Of a DNA stretch of 64,000 nt, positions 39,161 to 51,934 are shown one piece after another. The DNA is from Vicugna vicugna (taxonomy: Eukaryota). The stretch lies in the NCBI GenBank assembly GCA_013265495.1, contig MU057989.1, positions 945,513 to 1,009,512 on the forward strand, written 5' to 3'. The translations under genes were made by a program, and so were the position numbers. A model generated the notes under the pieces. The model saw only the letters and a program-made list of their open reading frames with translations, did no database searches and was not told where the DNA came from. How positions within the stretch are numbered: the stretch's first letter is position 1; each line of letters opens with the position of its first letter.

Positions 39161-39719
39161 CAGAATACATGAAGGTGGGAGCCCTGCTGGACTTCATGGA
39201 CAAAGGATGCTCTAAAGGTAGCACACACACTGCCATCCTACAAATTTTAATTTTTTAATTTTCTGCAACACAGTGGTAAGAACAGATCCTGTCCCCAGGA
39301 GCCTTCCATGGAGCTCCTGTTTTCTTCCCCACACTGTCAGTGATGGGCTCTGAGTGCCATCTGAGCACCAGGGATGGGACGTATTCCTCAGTACGCGGAA
39401 GGATTTCAAGATAAAAGATATGCTTCCAGGTATTTGCCACTGCCCTAACGTTTCGTGTCATAACGTGGAGAATTGTTCTGACATGATATTTATGAAGGAG
39501 GCCCAGGTCACTCACAGGACTATCCGACTTCTTCATTTTCTCTACTTCAACTACCTGTAATCTGTCTTGGTGTGTTCACCCAACTCCAAAATGGTGAGAA
39601 TCAGCTACTTCTTTTCATTTTGGGGTCACCTGACCTCTGTTACTTCTTTTTCTCTATGGTCTCCTATGAAACAGCTTCTGGTCCTACTTTCTAATATTCA
39701 AACCTCTTTGCCGTATGTA

Positions 39720-40030
39720 CAGTTGGCCCTCTGTATCCACAGGTCCTGCATCTGTGGATCAACCAATCTCTGATGGAGAATGCTAGGGGAAAAAATTCTA
39801 GAAATTTCAAAAAAAACAAAACTTAAATTTGCCACATGCTGACAGTTATTTACACAGCATTTACGTTGCATTAGGTAGCATAAGTAATCTAGAGATGATG
39901 TAAAGTATTACAGGAGGGCGTGCGTAGGTTACACGCAAACACTATGCTGTTTATAGAAGGAATCTGAGCATCCTCTAATTCTGGTGTATGAGGCGGGGTC
40001 CTGGAATCAATCCCCTGTGGATACCGACTG
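39720..40030 (+). mobile_element. Tigger3-type MITE
   Basis: ta|CAGTTGGCCCTCTGTATCCACAGG...aatcccctgtggataccgactg. Confidence 0.7.
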
Positions 40031-40274
40031 TGAGTTCAAGCATGTGACTACGGCATGATGTGTGATGGGGGTGGTCACCCAAGGATGTCTACATGCAAAT
40101 ATATTATGGTATTAAAATTAGTTTCTCTTTCTTTCCGCTGCATATTATTCTTTGGGCATGTCACTGAGTTGTTGACTCTATGTGGGCTGAAAGCTATTTC
40201 ATGTTGTGACGGTAAATATCTGAGGACATTGAGGCTGTGAGTGCAGATGGGGAAACGCAGTGACAGGTATGACT

Positions 40275-41295
40275 CCACAGCAAAAGGCAACAATCCGAGT
40301 GAAAGACGGGCAGAGGATCTAAACAGACATTTTCCACAGAAATGACCAACAGGCACATGAGAAAGTGCTCAACATCACTAATCATTAAGGAAAAGCAAAT
40401 CAAAACCACAATAAAACGTCACCTCACACCTGTTCTAACAAGTGTTGTGAAAAAAGACAAGAAATAATAAATACTGGCAAAGATGTAGAGGAAAGGGAAC
40501 CCTTGTGCATGGTTGGTGGGAATGTAAATTGGTGCAGCCATCCTGGAAAACAGTATGAAGGCACCTCAAGAAATTACAAACAGAGCTATCGTGTGATCTG
40601 TCAATCTCACTTTGGGGAGTATAGCTGAAGGAAACAAAAACAGTAACTCGAAAAGACATCTTCACCCCTGCGTTCACTGCAGCACTACTTACAGTAGCCA
40701 AGTTGTGGGATCAACCTGAGTGCCCATCACTGGATGGATGGATTGAGAAGATGTTGTATATAAACAATGGAACATTATTCAGCCATAAAAAGAAATCCTG
40801 CCATTTGTGACAACATGGACAGACCCTGAAGGCATTATGTTAAGTGAAGTAAATCATACAGAGAAAGACAAATACCATATCATGTCATTTATACACAGAA
40901 TCTAAAGGCAAACAAATAAATAAATAAATCCATGAACTCATAGATATGGAAAACAGACTCATAGATACAGAGGCAGGGATGGGAGGTGGGTGAAATGGGT
41001 GAAGCTGGTCAAAAGGCACCAACTTCCAGTTATCAGATACACAAGTCCTGGGGAGGTAACGCGCAGCACGGTGATGACCGTTAATAATACTGTACTGCAC
41101 ATTTGCAAGCTGCTGAGAGCGCAACTCTTAAAAGCTCTCAACACAAGGAAAAAAAATTTTCATGTGGTGACAGATGTTAACTAGACTTACTGCGGTTATT
41201 ATCTCACAATATACACAAATATTAAACCATTATGTAGTACACCTGAAACTAACGTGTACAGGTCGTTTAGAGCTCAGTTAGAAAGAAAAGGAAAA
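40275..41295 (+). mobile_element. LINE-1 3' about 1 kb (ORF2 end plus 3' UTR)
   Basis: aaacagacattttcc, atcaaaaccacaat, ttggtgggaatgtaaattggtgcagcca, tattcagccataaaaaga; ends in an A-rich tail. Confidence 0.85.
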
Positions 41296-41363
41296 GCGTG
41301 GTGAAGGAGACATAAGCTATGTCAGGAAAGGTGCGGGGGGTGCGGCCGGGAGGGTGTACATAC

Positions 41364-41512
41364 CTGTCCGGGCACAGGGACACATAGAGCAGCAGCAAAG
41401 GCCCGGCCCCGACGACGGTGGCTAAGGAGGACCTCATCCAGGAGCTGAGCTGGCAGAAGTTACAGTAGTGCACCACGGAGATCAGGACAGCCGAGCCCGT
41501 GAGCACGGTGGA
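41364..41512 (-). CDS. ADCY9: ADCY9 coding exon 9 (149 nt)
   Basis: ttgcag|TCC; STVLTGSAVLISVVHYCNFCQLSSWMRSSLATVVGAGPLLLLYVSLCPD; AG|gtatgt; phase 0-2. Confidence 0.96.
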
Positions 41513-42381
41513 CTGCAACAAGGGCAGGCGGGGTGAGGCCCCCATGCCACCCCGCTCCGTCCCGCAGGGCCCCCCGCCTCACCTCCTCCTGAGGACCCCG
41601 AGAGCAAACAGCTCCCTCACCTACCTGTCATTCTGTTTAACAAAATACCTGGTGGTTTCAAGGACAGGTCATAAATCATTAGATTAACTACCCAGAGATT
41701 TGGCTACGAGTCTCACTGGTACTAAAACGCCTCTCCAGGTGTGTGGAAATCGCACACGTCACCTTGGAGGAGAGGGGAGGGAGGCTGCCCCACCATGGAA
41801 ACAGTTACCTTCAAAAAGCCTTCCTTCGGGCACCCTGCTGCGTGTCAGTGGAAATGAAATTCAGTGTTAAAGTATCAAATGCAGTCACCTGGTGGTTCGT
41901 GCTACACTCACTGGCCCCCAAAATATAATCTTCCACAGCAGCATTAATTCACTCCTTTTGAGGTGTAACCTGGAAGTTCCTTCCTGATCAACAGCAGCTG
42001 ATCCAGGGGCCAGTCACCTGCTTGTGCCAGGTCTACAGGTGAGCACAGTATCTTGCGTCATTTGGAAACGTGGGGCAGATGTGTCTTTGTAAAACGCATA
42101 AGAAAACCACTGATTTGGAACTTGGTAAACACCAAGAGAGGTTGGAGAGGACACAGCCACCGGGGTGTCTCCCCTGGCAGGCCCCAGGCTGACCTCCCTG
42201 CCTGCTCCTCTGTTCCAGGTAAGGCTTTTAAAAAGACAAGCTCAAGGAAGTAACGAAGAGTTTGTACCTCTGTAAGGGCTGTATTTAAACTGATCCCAGA
42301 CCATCAAACTTACTTTTATTTTAAAAAGTGATCAAGGAGCCCAGAAGAGCACAGACACAAAACCACAAAGGCTTCACTTAC

Positions 42382-42541
42382 GTGTATGTTTGTCTCAAAT
42401 TCGGAGGTGACGTGTGAATAGACCGCGAGAGCGGGAAGGGACACCAGGATGGCCCCAATGAAATGGCGTGGGAGCCAGCCGGCTATCCACTCCAGCAGGC
42501 GCTTGGTACAAGCCATCACATCCTCCAGGAAGAACACCATC
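42382..42541 (-). CDS. ADCY9: ADCY9 coding exon 8 (160 nt)
   Basis: tgcag|G; (R)MVFFLEDVMACTKRLLEWIAGWLPRHFIGAILVSLPALAVYSHVTSEFETNIH; CAC|gtaagt; phase 2-0. Confidence 0.96.
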
Positions 42542-45500
42542 CTGCATAAGGTGGGGAGAAAGGGGAAACTGGGTGTCTACGGGTGGGTCAGCCACCAGGG
42601 AAGATGTCGGCGGGGAACAGCCAGCCAGAGCTGTTCCCAACTCTCCCCTACGCTGTGGCCACGGGCGTGGGTGGCAGGCAGAGCCCCAGCCTCCCTCACT
42701 TTTGGTCAATGGCAAGTAAACTGGACTCATTTAGCTCTTCACACCTTATTTTGAGGTCACTTGCTGCATTCTGAGATGTGCCCATCAGAGACAAGCATAA
42801 CCTCTGTGGTCTAAACGGAGCATGTAAGAATCAGACAGCCTAATACCAAGAGGCCCCGAGAAAGGTCACCGGTCATCCGCTACTGCCTGCTTCTGGGGTG
42901 GGCAGTCTCAAGTGGGTGGTTCAGGAGGTGTCCTGGAATTTTGTGGGGCCTTCCTGTCGCCTCACTGATTGAGGGTGCTACTGGCATTGAGAGGGCAGGG
43001 GCTAGGGACTGGCAATGTCCCGTGATGTACAGTGAGGCTCTGCCCTGTGCCCCATGCAACTGCCACATGCCCCCTGGACACCCACGGAAGCGGGAAACCT
43101 GCTGACAGTGGCGTCAGCCTAGAGCCTAACTGCGTGTCATTTACAAACAGAAAGTGGTTTCTGTGTGGTGGTAACATACACCGAATTTTCCAGGAATGCA
43201 CCTACTGGGTGAACCAGACAAGAGGACCCGTGGTTTTGTCTGGGACATCACCAAGGGCTGTTCAGCATTTCAGAAATCACGTCACAGGCTCCTGGGACTT
43301 GTGCCACCAAACCTGCACACCTGTAACAGTCTGTACTTGGAAATGTCACAGTCCCAGCGAGCGTGCGCACGAGAGCAAACAGCTGACAAACCCGAAACAG
43401 CCTCCCAGGTGGCAGTGCCCTGCCATGTCTGAGATGAAGCGCTACATGTGTATTATTTTAAGTGGCTTTCTTGACGTGTCTCCTTCACATTGGCATGACA
43501 GCATTTCACTGATGGCTTTGGGAACTGTGAGTATACGTGGGCTACATTCGAGGGCAGTGATGTGGCACAGAAAATGCTTTTCATGGAGAATGGGGAGCTG
43601 GGTGTGTGGTGCTGAGGACCACTGCTCTGCAGGAAGAATCCCCGGATGGCCAGCAGTGGGAGACAGAGGAGAGGACACTAGGGGGTCCCCTCGGGAGGGA
43701 GACCCACACCATAGTCCCTCTCTGAAGCCAGCCCCCTGTGAGAGTGGAGCCAGTACAGGCCTGGCTTCCTCACCATCAAAGGCACAAAGTCCCAAAGTCA
43801 AGGTCCCCTGTGCACCCAGTGTCCACGCCTTCAGTTCCACAGTGTAGGTCTGGAGCGACCTGGGATCCCAAACATGCCCTCAGCAGGGCAAGAGGAAACC
43901 ACACCCCACCCGCCAAGCCTGCCCTTTCCTGGGCTTTGACACCCCAGGGAAAGTGAACTTTTGACATCATACTAGGGGCCCAGGCAGGAACGCAGTGGCC
44001 TCACTCAGAAGGGGCCTGCAGAGATGTGGGTGCGCCCGGCACAGCCAGGCCAAGCACCCGTGTGGCCTGCAGTCCTCTGCAGTCTCTCACCTGGCTTAGG
44101 CCAGATTCTTCCAAATTGGATCTGAAGAACAGGGAACAGTCATGTAAAGGTTTTAAAGGAAAAGTATGGAGACGACTCTTGCCTTGCAGGGATCCAGAGC
44201 CTTATCCCATGTGGGCCCCGTGCGGGCCCTGTGCCAGGCGGGAACCCAGGGCTGGGTGGGGAGGGACCACACGTGGGGACTGGCCTCTCCTTGGGGTGAC
44301 AGAAATGTTCTAAAAATCACATGGTGGTGTTTTTACACAATTCTGTGAGTTTACTAAAAATCTCTGAATTGTATCCTTGTGAGTGAATTTATTGTATGTG
44401 AACTATATCACAAAAAAGTCAGTTTTAAGGAGAAAAAAACAGACTAGGGGCCAGAGGATAGCTTGCTTGGGTCCCTTTGGGTGCCGCCAGGCCCAGGGCA
44501 AGCCCAGGAGAGGGCTGTACTATGGAGGAGCCATCTGCTGTGGGCAAGGCAGCGTGATTCCAGTGGGGAATTTGGGGAGATGGCCGGGTCGCCCCTTAGA
44601 GTTCTCTCTACTGGGAGGAGGGTGAGGGCGGAGCCTCTGGCAGCCAGAGAAAGCCCTGGGCAAGCAGCTGAAGGGATCTCAGCGGGCACCAGGGGGTGAG
44701 CATGGGAAGGGGCAGGCATCCAGCTTGTCCACTTCAAAGGGAGGGATCTTCTGTTTGGAAGCCTCAGGGCCAGACCTGAAGCTATGGTCTCCTGTCCTGG
44801 GATGTTGGGGAGGAGCAGGAACTCATGGACATGGCCTTTCTCCCCGTTTCTCTCTGATCCCCAGTCTGGGGGCAGTTATGGGGTTGGGGGAGGGCGCTTC
44901 TGGGCTGTCCTGCTGGGCGACAGGGCTTGGGGGTGGGGAAGATCTGGCGCAGGGACCCCGCATGGCATCCGAAGCAGGAGGTGGACAGTATAGGCGGTCT
45001 GCGTGCAGGTGAGTGGGGGCCCTGTGCAGGGTCCCGAGGGCCCAGCTTCCCTGCTGTCTATTCAGACACTCTGTCCAGTTTTAAATGGGTTGTCTCTTTA
45101 TTATTGAGCTCACATTCTAAACCTTAGACCCTTGTCATGGATGTGATGTGCAAATACCCTCTTCCAGCCTGTAGGTTCCTTCACTTTGGGGTGAAAAGTG
45201 CTGATGGTGTTCTTGGAAATATGAGAGTTTTCAATTTTGATGAAGTCCAACTTACCTATTTGTTCTCGGGTCACACGTGCTTTTCCCGTCATCTCTAAGA
45301 AACCTCCTGCCTGGTCCAAGCTCATGAAGAACCAGGCCTGTGATTTCCTCTGAGTTTTATGGTTTCCCTCTTCCATGGAGGAGAGGCCTTGCTGACGTGC
45401 TGGCAGCCCCCTACCAGGTGTCCCCTAACCACCCACCTCTTTTCGTTTGCTGCCCTGCTTTCTTATTCCCTATCTTCCCACTTTCTCTTTTTAAGTGTCT

Positions 45501-45661
45501 GACCTGGGAGCTCCAGGGACTCGCTGGTGGCATCGGGGCTGCAGAGGTGCCCACTTGTGCTGAGGGCCAGGGTCTGCGAGGGAGGAGCCTGAGGGTGGGC
45601 TGGGGGAGGGAGGAGAAGAGGACCGGCCCCTGAAATGTGCTGAGGGAGACAGCTGGCTGTT

Positions 45662-45680
45662 CCGCCAGCAGAGGGAGCTA
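45662..45680 (+). promoter_or_regulatory. CTCF-like motif in ADCY9 intron 7
   Basis: CCGCCAGCAGAGGGAGCTA resembles the CTCF core. Confidence 0.5.
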
Positions 45681-45722
45681 AAGGATAGGAGCTGGCGAGC
45701 CGCCCTACAGGTGGGCCATTAC

Positions 45723-45931
45723 CTGACGGAGACCACGAGGGATAGCACCTCCAGCAGCAGGGCCGCACAGAAGACCGCCAGAGCAGCCGGCGGGGGCGGC
45801 GTGGAGGCAGCCCCATACTTCAGGAAGCAGGTAACAGAGAGAATCAGAAACACTGTCGTTGACAGAAGCACATCCAGGAGAGAGCTGAAGGTGGGACTGG
45901 CAAAAGTCTTCACGGGAGAATTCTTTATAAC
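45723..45931 (-). CDS. ADCY9: ADCY9 coding exon 7 (209 nt; transmembrane cluster M2)
   Basis: aacag|GTT; VIKNSPVKTFASPTFSSLLDVLLSTTVFLILSVTCFLKYGAASTPPPPAALAVFCAALLLEVLSLVVSV; AG|gtaaat; phase 0-2. Confidence 0.96.
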
Positions 45932-46749
45932 CTGTTTGGGAGCGTGAACAGACGTGGCTAAATGAACACGGAGTATAATCCAGCAAACACTGGCCTCCTC
46001 TGGACCAGGTACAGGGTGAGAAGTGCTTCAGGTGGGCCATCTCCCTGCTGCTACCCTACATAATAGTGAGGATGCTAAGGCACAGAGAAGTGAAGAAACT
46101 TGCCCAAGATCACACAGCAACTGATTACAAGCCAGTAAATTCTCACAGGCACGTGACATCCTGAGCCTGAAAGATGAGTTATTGGCAGACAGAGTCAATG
46201 ACTCTGCTGCTGTAGGGGAGTCACATGAAAGCCAAGTACTGGAAGCTTCCACTGAATGCTGGGCCCCAGGTTCAGGGTGGGTAAAAGCTGGCTTCATGAT
46301 AGAAGCAGCAGGCGGGGATTGGCGCAGCAGCAGGTAACTAGTAACAGGGACAGCAAGAGCCTGCTCTGGGCCTGGCTCCGCGCCGGGTGTGGGGCAGCCG
46401 TGGAACAGCGCCCTTGAGGAGCTCGCGGCCCAATGGAGAGGACAGAAAGAGAACAGAGAACGGGGGTGGCTGGAGCAGCCCCTCCGCGCTAGGCTTCCAG
46501 GAGGCCTGGGGAGGCACCCACTGCAGAGGAAAGGGACAGGGTTGTTGTAGAAAGACTTGGGGTTTTCTCCCTCGTGGAGATAAATTCACAGACAGGTGCA
46601 ATTTGGGGCTTATAGACTGCGGCAAACCAAATGAGGCTTCATCTTCCCGTCACTCTGGAAAACAGAAGGGCCGCCACAGCACAAGACTAACCGCAACTAC
46701 TCAGTGAGGATGACACCCATCTTCAGTGAAACTACAAGGAGACACGCAC

Positions 46750-46852
46750 CTCTGCCTGGTAGCTGGTCCTGTAGGCTCTCTCTAGCTCCTGATCCAGGAA
46801 GTTCAAGCTGAACTGATTAATAGGCGGCTTAAAAAAATAATCTTTCATCAGG
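46750..46852 (-). CDS. ADCY9: ADCY9 coding exon 6 (103 nt)
   Basis: tcttctag|C; (S)LMKDYFFKPPINQFSLNFLDQELERAYRTSYQAE; GAG|gtgcgt; phase 2-0; too short to appear in the ORF track. Confidence 0.95.
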
Positions 46853-47849
46853 CTAGAAGAGACAATGAATGCAGTCAACCAGTGTGCAGCACAATCATTA
46901 TATTTATTTTATCAGAAAATCACACTTAGTTACTTGAATGCCATCTGTGAAGCATGTCACAAAAGCTGTACTAAACGTCACTACATAATAGACATCGCTC
47001 GACTGCTCCTTTTAGAACACATCTCTGGAAAGTCCTTTCTGCTTCTAAACATAATCACATCTTAGGTTTCACCCCCGCTGAAGAGTGCCCATTCACCACA
47101 AATATAACACCCAGAATTAGAAGAAGGTGGCAGCATTTTTGTTCTCCAGGACCAGCAATCCCTGTACGGAGGGTTCTTACGTTGAATTGGAGGCTTCCTT
47201 GCAAACATAATTCAGAACCGGCTGTCCTGTCACTTGGAGAACTGACAGTAATTACCCCTGTCAATGCTAACAGGTTGTTATCACAAAATTGTGTTTATAG
47301 TTGGTATAATTTTGGTGCTATTGTCATATATGCAGATTGCGTGTGAAACCTGAAAATGATAATGCTCAATGATTTTAATGGCAGAGAAATCAAACCTGCT
47401 TTACATGACTCATCCGTTCTTTTATGGACTGCTAGCAAATAGTCGTATCCTTCTTATACTGCAGAAAATTACTACAAATGTAAGTGAATGTTAACATGAT
47501 TGCAGAAGGTAAATCTAGCTGTGGGATGGCATCTCTCTCCCTCACACGATAACTACTGGAAGTAAATCAGATGAGATATGTAAAGGGCCTATCATGAGCC
47601 TGTAGACACACAGTAGGGTTCAGGGTACTTATACTCCCTTCTTTCCCTGCAGCAAAGCAGAGACTCTCTTTTCGTGTTACGTGTGCAGTAACTTACTAGA
47701 TTCTCATTCTCAGAAGAGAGAAAATTCTGTCTATCCTCCCTTCCACTGAGGAAGTGTGGACAGGGAAAAACAACAAAGCAGCTATACGGAGGGCATGCAA
47801 TGGCCTCATTTTCACAGTCAAGTAGCAGGATCCACACAGCTATCAGCTG

Positions 47850-50700
47850 TGTTGCTCACCAAGATTAACATCAGGAGGTTTCCCCTGGGAACAAAGATTA
47901 GCTCCTGTTGGGACCAATCCTCTCTCAGATAACTATAAACTCTGGATAAAATATAAAAACCACTCCTGGAAGGCACTGGCAATAGACCAAAGTCGTAAGA
48001 AAATGGAGGATAGCTACACTTAGAACAAGCTGAATTTCTCATGTTTTTTTCTTTTTTTTTCATTTTTGCCTCAAGAGAGTGATTAGTCAGTACCATGTGT
48101 AGGATGGCTAAAACTCAGATAGAAAAGCTATAGTCTTAATCGTTTGGAAACAAGAAAATAGAGTTTGGCATGCCTCCAAATGGAAAATGAGGCTGGATAT
48201 CCCAGAGGGAGAGAACCAGAGAAGGGGAGCCCCAAAATCTGCATATAAGCTCTGCTTGAATCTTTGGCTGACCCTTGAAATACGCATGTGCATGCAGACT
48301 CCAAGCAGCCTGATTAAGGCTAAAAGAACAACTGCTACCCACCTCAGGAGAGACAGTTTGCTGTTTAGGTTCAGATAAGTTTACTGTCTGCTAAAACAAA
48401 CAAAAAAATCAATACTCTTCTAAGGAATATAACAGAATCCAGAGTTTCTAAGCATCAATGCAACAATGTGCATAACATAATCCAAAATTACTAGACATAC
48501 AAAGAAACAGGGAAACACAATCCATCCTCAACAGAAAAGTAATCAATAGAGATCGACCTGAGATTACTGAGAGGTTGGAATTAGAAGTTGGGATTTATAA
48601 TGTAAGTAGATGTGATATATGTGACAACTACAGCGTAAGGAATTAGAAGAGAGTAATGGATCTATACAGTTATAAAATTTCTACATTCAAAGTGAGATGA
48701 TACAATATTAGCTATAAGAGGACTATAAAAATATAAGGATGCCTAGAACAACCACTAAAAACAAAATAATGCAAAAACATATGGCTAAAAAGCAAATAAA
48801 TACATTAAAATATAATTAAAAGGCAGAGATTATCAGAATGATTTAAAAACCAAGACCCACAAGAGATGTATTTCAAATATAAAGACCCAGGTTAGAATTT
48901 TTTTTAAATGGGAAATAACATCACATGCAAACAGTGAGAATAAGAAGGCTAGAGTGACTATATTAATATAAGATAAAGCAGTCTTCGAGACAGAGAATTA
49001 TTAAGCACCAAGAGGGACATTTCAAAATGATAAAAGGATTAATTCACCTGGAATATGTAATACTCATAAATGTGTATGTACATAAAAAAGAGTTTCAAAA
49101 TACCTGAAAGAAAAATTGTCATGACTAGAGAGACATAGACAGTTCCACAACCATAGCTGGAGATTTTAGCATCCCTATCTCAATAACTGATAGAACAACA
49201 GACAAAAAAAGTAAGTAAAGAGACAGATGATCTGAACATGACTGCCAACTGCCTGGAGCTAATTGAGGTTTATGGATCACAACATTCTAAGAATGCAGAA
49301 TATGCATTCTTTTCAAGTGCACATAGTATGTTTACCAAAACAGACCACATGTGAGGCCACAGAACAAGTTTCAATAAATGTAAAATGACTGAAATCACAT
49401 AGTGTATGTCTTTGACCACAATGACATTAAAGCAGACATTAACTAACATGCCTAAATACCATTCTTGACTAAAAGGTGCCAAGGCTCTTTGGAGGAACAG
49501 CTGATTCCTTAGCTGGGGCAGGGAGAATATAAAATGAGCCTGGAATATCCTGTTGTGCTGGGAAGTAAGAAATCGCTGAAAACAAAGATGGAGCCATGTC
49601 AAAAGGACACAGGAGCCAGCCTGAAGGGGGGCCCCCCAATGGCCAGATTTGGGACAACTAGGGCATCAAACTGTAATGAGGACAGTGATAGATTATATCC
49701 TGTTAAGTAAAACAGGACTCTGAGAATTGATGGATTCATATAGCCACAGACAGATAGATAATGTAATAAATGGGGAGGAGCTCTTATTTACTAGGGGATG
49801 CCAGGTGCCCAATGATAAATACGCAGTCAGTGCTGAAGCAGGAAAACAGCCATTTTGACAAAAATAGTGAAGACTGTTTCAGGAAAGAATCATCAATGGA
49901 GAAAAAACCTAGGGAAGTCTGATGAGGAATGGGATATTTACACGATCTTAAAGTATCTTCCCATAGACTGCTTAATGGTCACAGGGAGAAAGCAGTGACT
50001 ACAGATTGGAGAAGTCAGCAACACTCTCGCCTGGTTGATCAAAGTCACCATCCCTGATGAAGGACAAACAGGCACTGTGTGCCTCTGGATCTGGTGCCTG
50101 AGAAGACGCATCAGTTTTGTGGGATCTGGACAGACACACGGCCTTGATAAAGTCATAAGGAAATGTCACATAAATCCAGCTTCAGGAATGTTTTATAAGA
50201 AAACTGGGCATTTCTCAAAGTGTCAATGTCATGAAAGATAAAGAACGGCTGAGAACTGCCCCTGATTTAGGACGACTCAAGAGGCAGGAGAACCCCATAA
50301 GGCAGCACGCGATCCTGGACTGCGTCCTGGACCAGAGGGAGAGGAAGTGTTATCAGGGACATGTGGGACCAGCCGACAAAACTAGAATGTGGACTGTAGA
50401 CTGGATCAAACATCTCATCAACGTTAAGCTTCCTGAATTTGGTAACTATGATTATATAAAAGAACTTCCTTGTTTTCAGGAAATAGAGTTTTAAGGAGTA
50501 GAGAGCATGATGCATCCAACTTACCGACAAATGGTTCAGAAAAAAATTTCACAGAGAGAGAAAGAGGGAGAGAGAGGAGAGTAAAACAAATGTCAAAATG
50601 TTAAGTCGGCAAATTGGGCAAAGGGTATAAAAGGAATTCTTTGTATTATTCACACAACTTTTCTGCACGTTTCTAATGACATCAAATATAGCAACACATG
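47850..50700 (+). mobile_element. Ancient LINE-1 fragments (5' region, ORF2 start, L1MC-like 3' end)
   Basis: aggcagagattatcagaatg, gagggacatttcaaaatgataaaaggattaattcac, gcagaatatgcattcttttcaagtgcacat. Confidence 0.65.
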
Positions 50701-50797
50701 GACGATGGAGGGCGTGGGAGATGAGGCAACTCAGCACAGTTGGGAGCCCCCCCCACCCCCGCACGTGCTCGCTGCAGTGCGAGGGCCACGCTCTCAC

Positions 50798-51015
50798 CTG
50801 TCCTCCTTGATGACGTCCACAAAGTGGGCATCTGTTTTCTCCCGAATGTTCTTGAATCTCAGCGGAAGGAGAGCCGACTGGTCCAAGCTCACACCTGCCC
50901 ACCTTCCCTTCTCCTGCAAGATCTCACACAGGGAGGTCTGGCTGTTGGTGAGCTTCTCCTCGGGGGGAGGACTGAGCAGTCCATTCTGTGTCTTGGAGCT
51001 GGGCCCTCCGGAAGC
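50798..51015 (-). CDS. ADCY9: ADCY9 coding exon 5 (218 nt)
   Basis: tgcag|GCT; ASGGPSSKTQNGLLSPPPEEKLTNSQTSLCEILQEKGRWAGVSLDQSALLPLRFKNIREKTDAHFVDVIKED; AG|gtgaga; phase 0-2. Confidence 0.96.
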
Positions 51016-51934
51016 CTGCAACAGGATGAGACACGGGGGAGCAGACGCGTGGGCTGAAGCTCTAACCTGACTCCACCCAGTGAAGCCCACCAGGCTGCAC
51101 CGCACAACTCAGCCCACACCTTCTAATCTCTGCTCTAGTCCCAGCGCTCAGCCTCTCCACCATCCGCTTGCTTCTCCCCTATCCCCCAGCTCCTCAAAAT
51201 GCACCTCCAGGCCTCCAGGGACCAGGAAAGGAGCTTCTTAGGAATTGCCAATAAGGAGGTGGGGGAGACTGAGGAAGAGCTGAGGCTCCTGGAGTCTAAT
51301 GATCAGAGAACCCGTGTTCCGGGGACTGGTGGGCTCGAGGGAGGTGCAAGGGTGGATCCAGGGAAAGGAAATCCAGAGCTGTAAGGGCTGCAGCTTAAGA
51401 AGGGGTGACTGGCTGTGAGCAATGCAGACTAAGTCTGCACCCTGCAAGTCCGTGGGCAGCCCATGCCAGGGTGCAAGATGATGGATTCGAACCTCCCTGG
51501 AGAATCAGCCTTCAGAAGCTTGCCTGAAGACTTCTGTGTTCCATCTTTACTCTGATCTCTCCTCCAGGCTGGGTTCTGGTTCCAGGTGAGCCCTCTCTGC
51601 ACTGCCCTGGCCACCAGCCCTAACCCACGCCCCTCCTCCCATCCTAAGGGTCCCCTCTTCTCTTTCCATGTCCACATCCTAGTGCCCCTTGGGTCCAGCT
51701 TCTGGACCCACAGACCTTCCCTGACTCATCTCACCCGCCTGGGAACCCCAACCAGGTTAGCATCCACCCTGCTCTCTCTCAGTCTGTTAAAAGCCCAGAG
51801 GACTAGAAGGTATGGAATGGTGCCACCCACTGAGGGCTGCCCCTCAGAACTGAGAGGCTGACAGGACAGGAATGTCGCCTCGGATGGGGGCAGCAGGACG
51901 GGCGCCGATAGAGACGACCACCAAGCCCGGGTAC

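Larger units (their letters stand above)
36724..39560 (+). pseudogene. Candidate five-exon unitary pseudogene, antisense to and interleaved with ADCY9 (exons 36724-36813, 37012-37082, 37246-37586, 38094-38333, 39274-39560)
   Basis: Phases chain 0/2/1/1 to 1029 nt = 343 codons without frameshift; polypyrimidine tracts before exons 2-5; signal-peptide-like start; 6 internal stops, ATC in place of ATG, GC donor, ACG acceptor. Confidence 0.6.

Noticed and set aside
39164..39217. Possible extra 54-nt phase 1-1 exon (EYMKVGALLDFMDKGCSK) of the antisense remnant
   Set aside because: No polypyrimidine tract, abuts the hAT remnant, and the following intron would be only 56 nt; the model is in frame without it.
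43032..43847. 271-aa plus ORF in intron 7
   Set aside because: No ATG start, no recognisable domain or splice structure; GC-rich intron.
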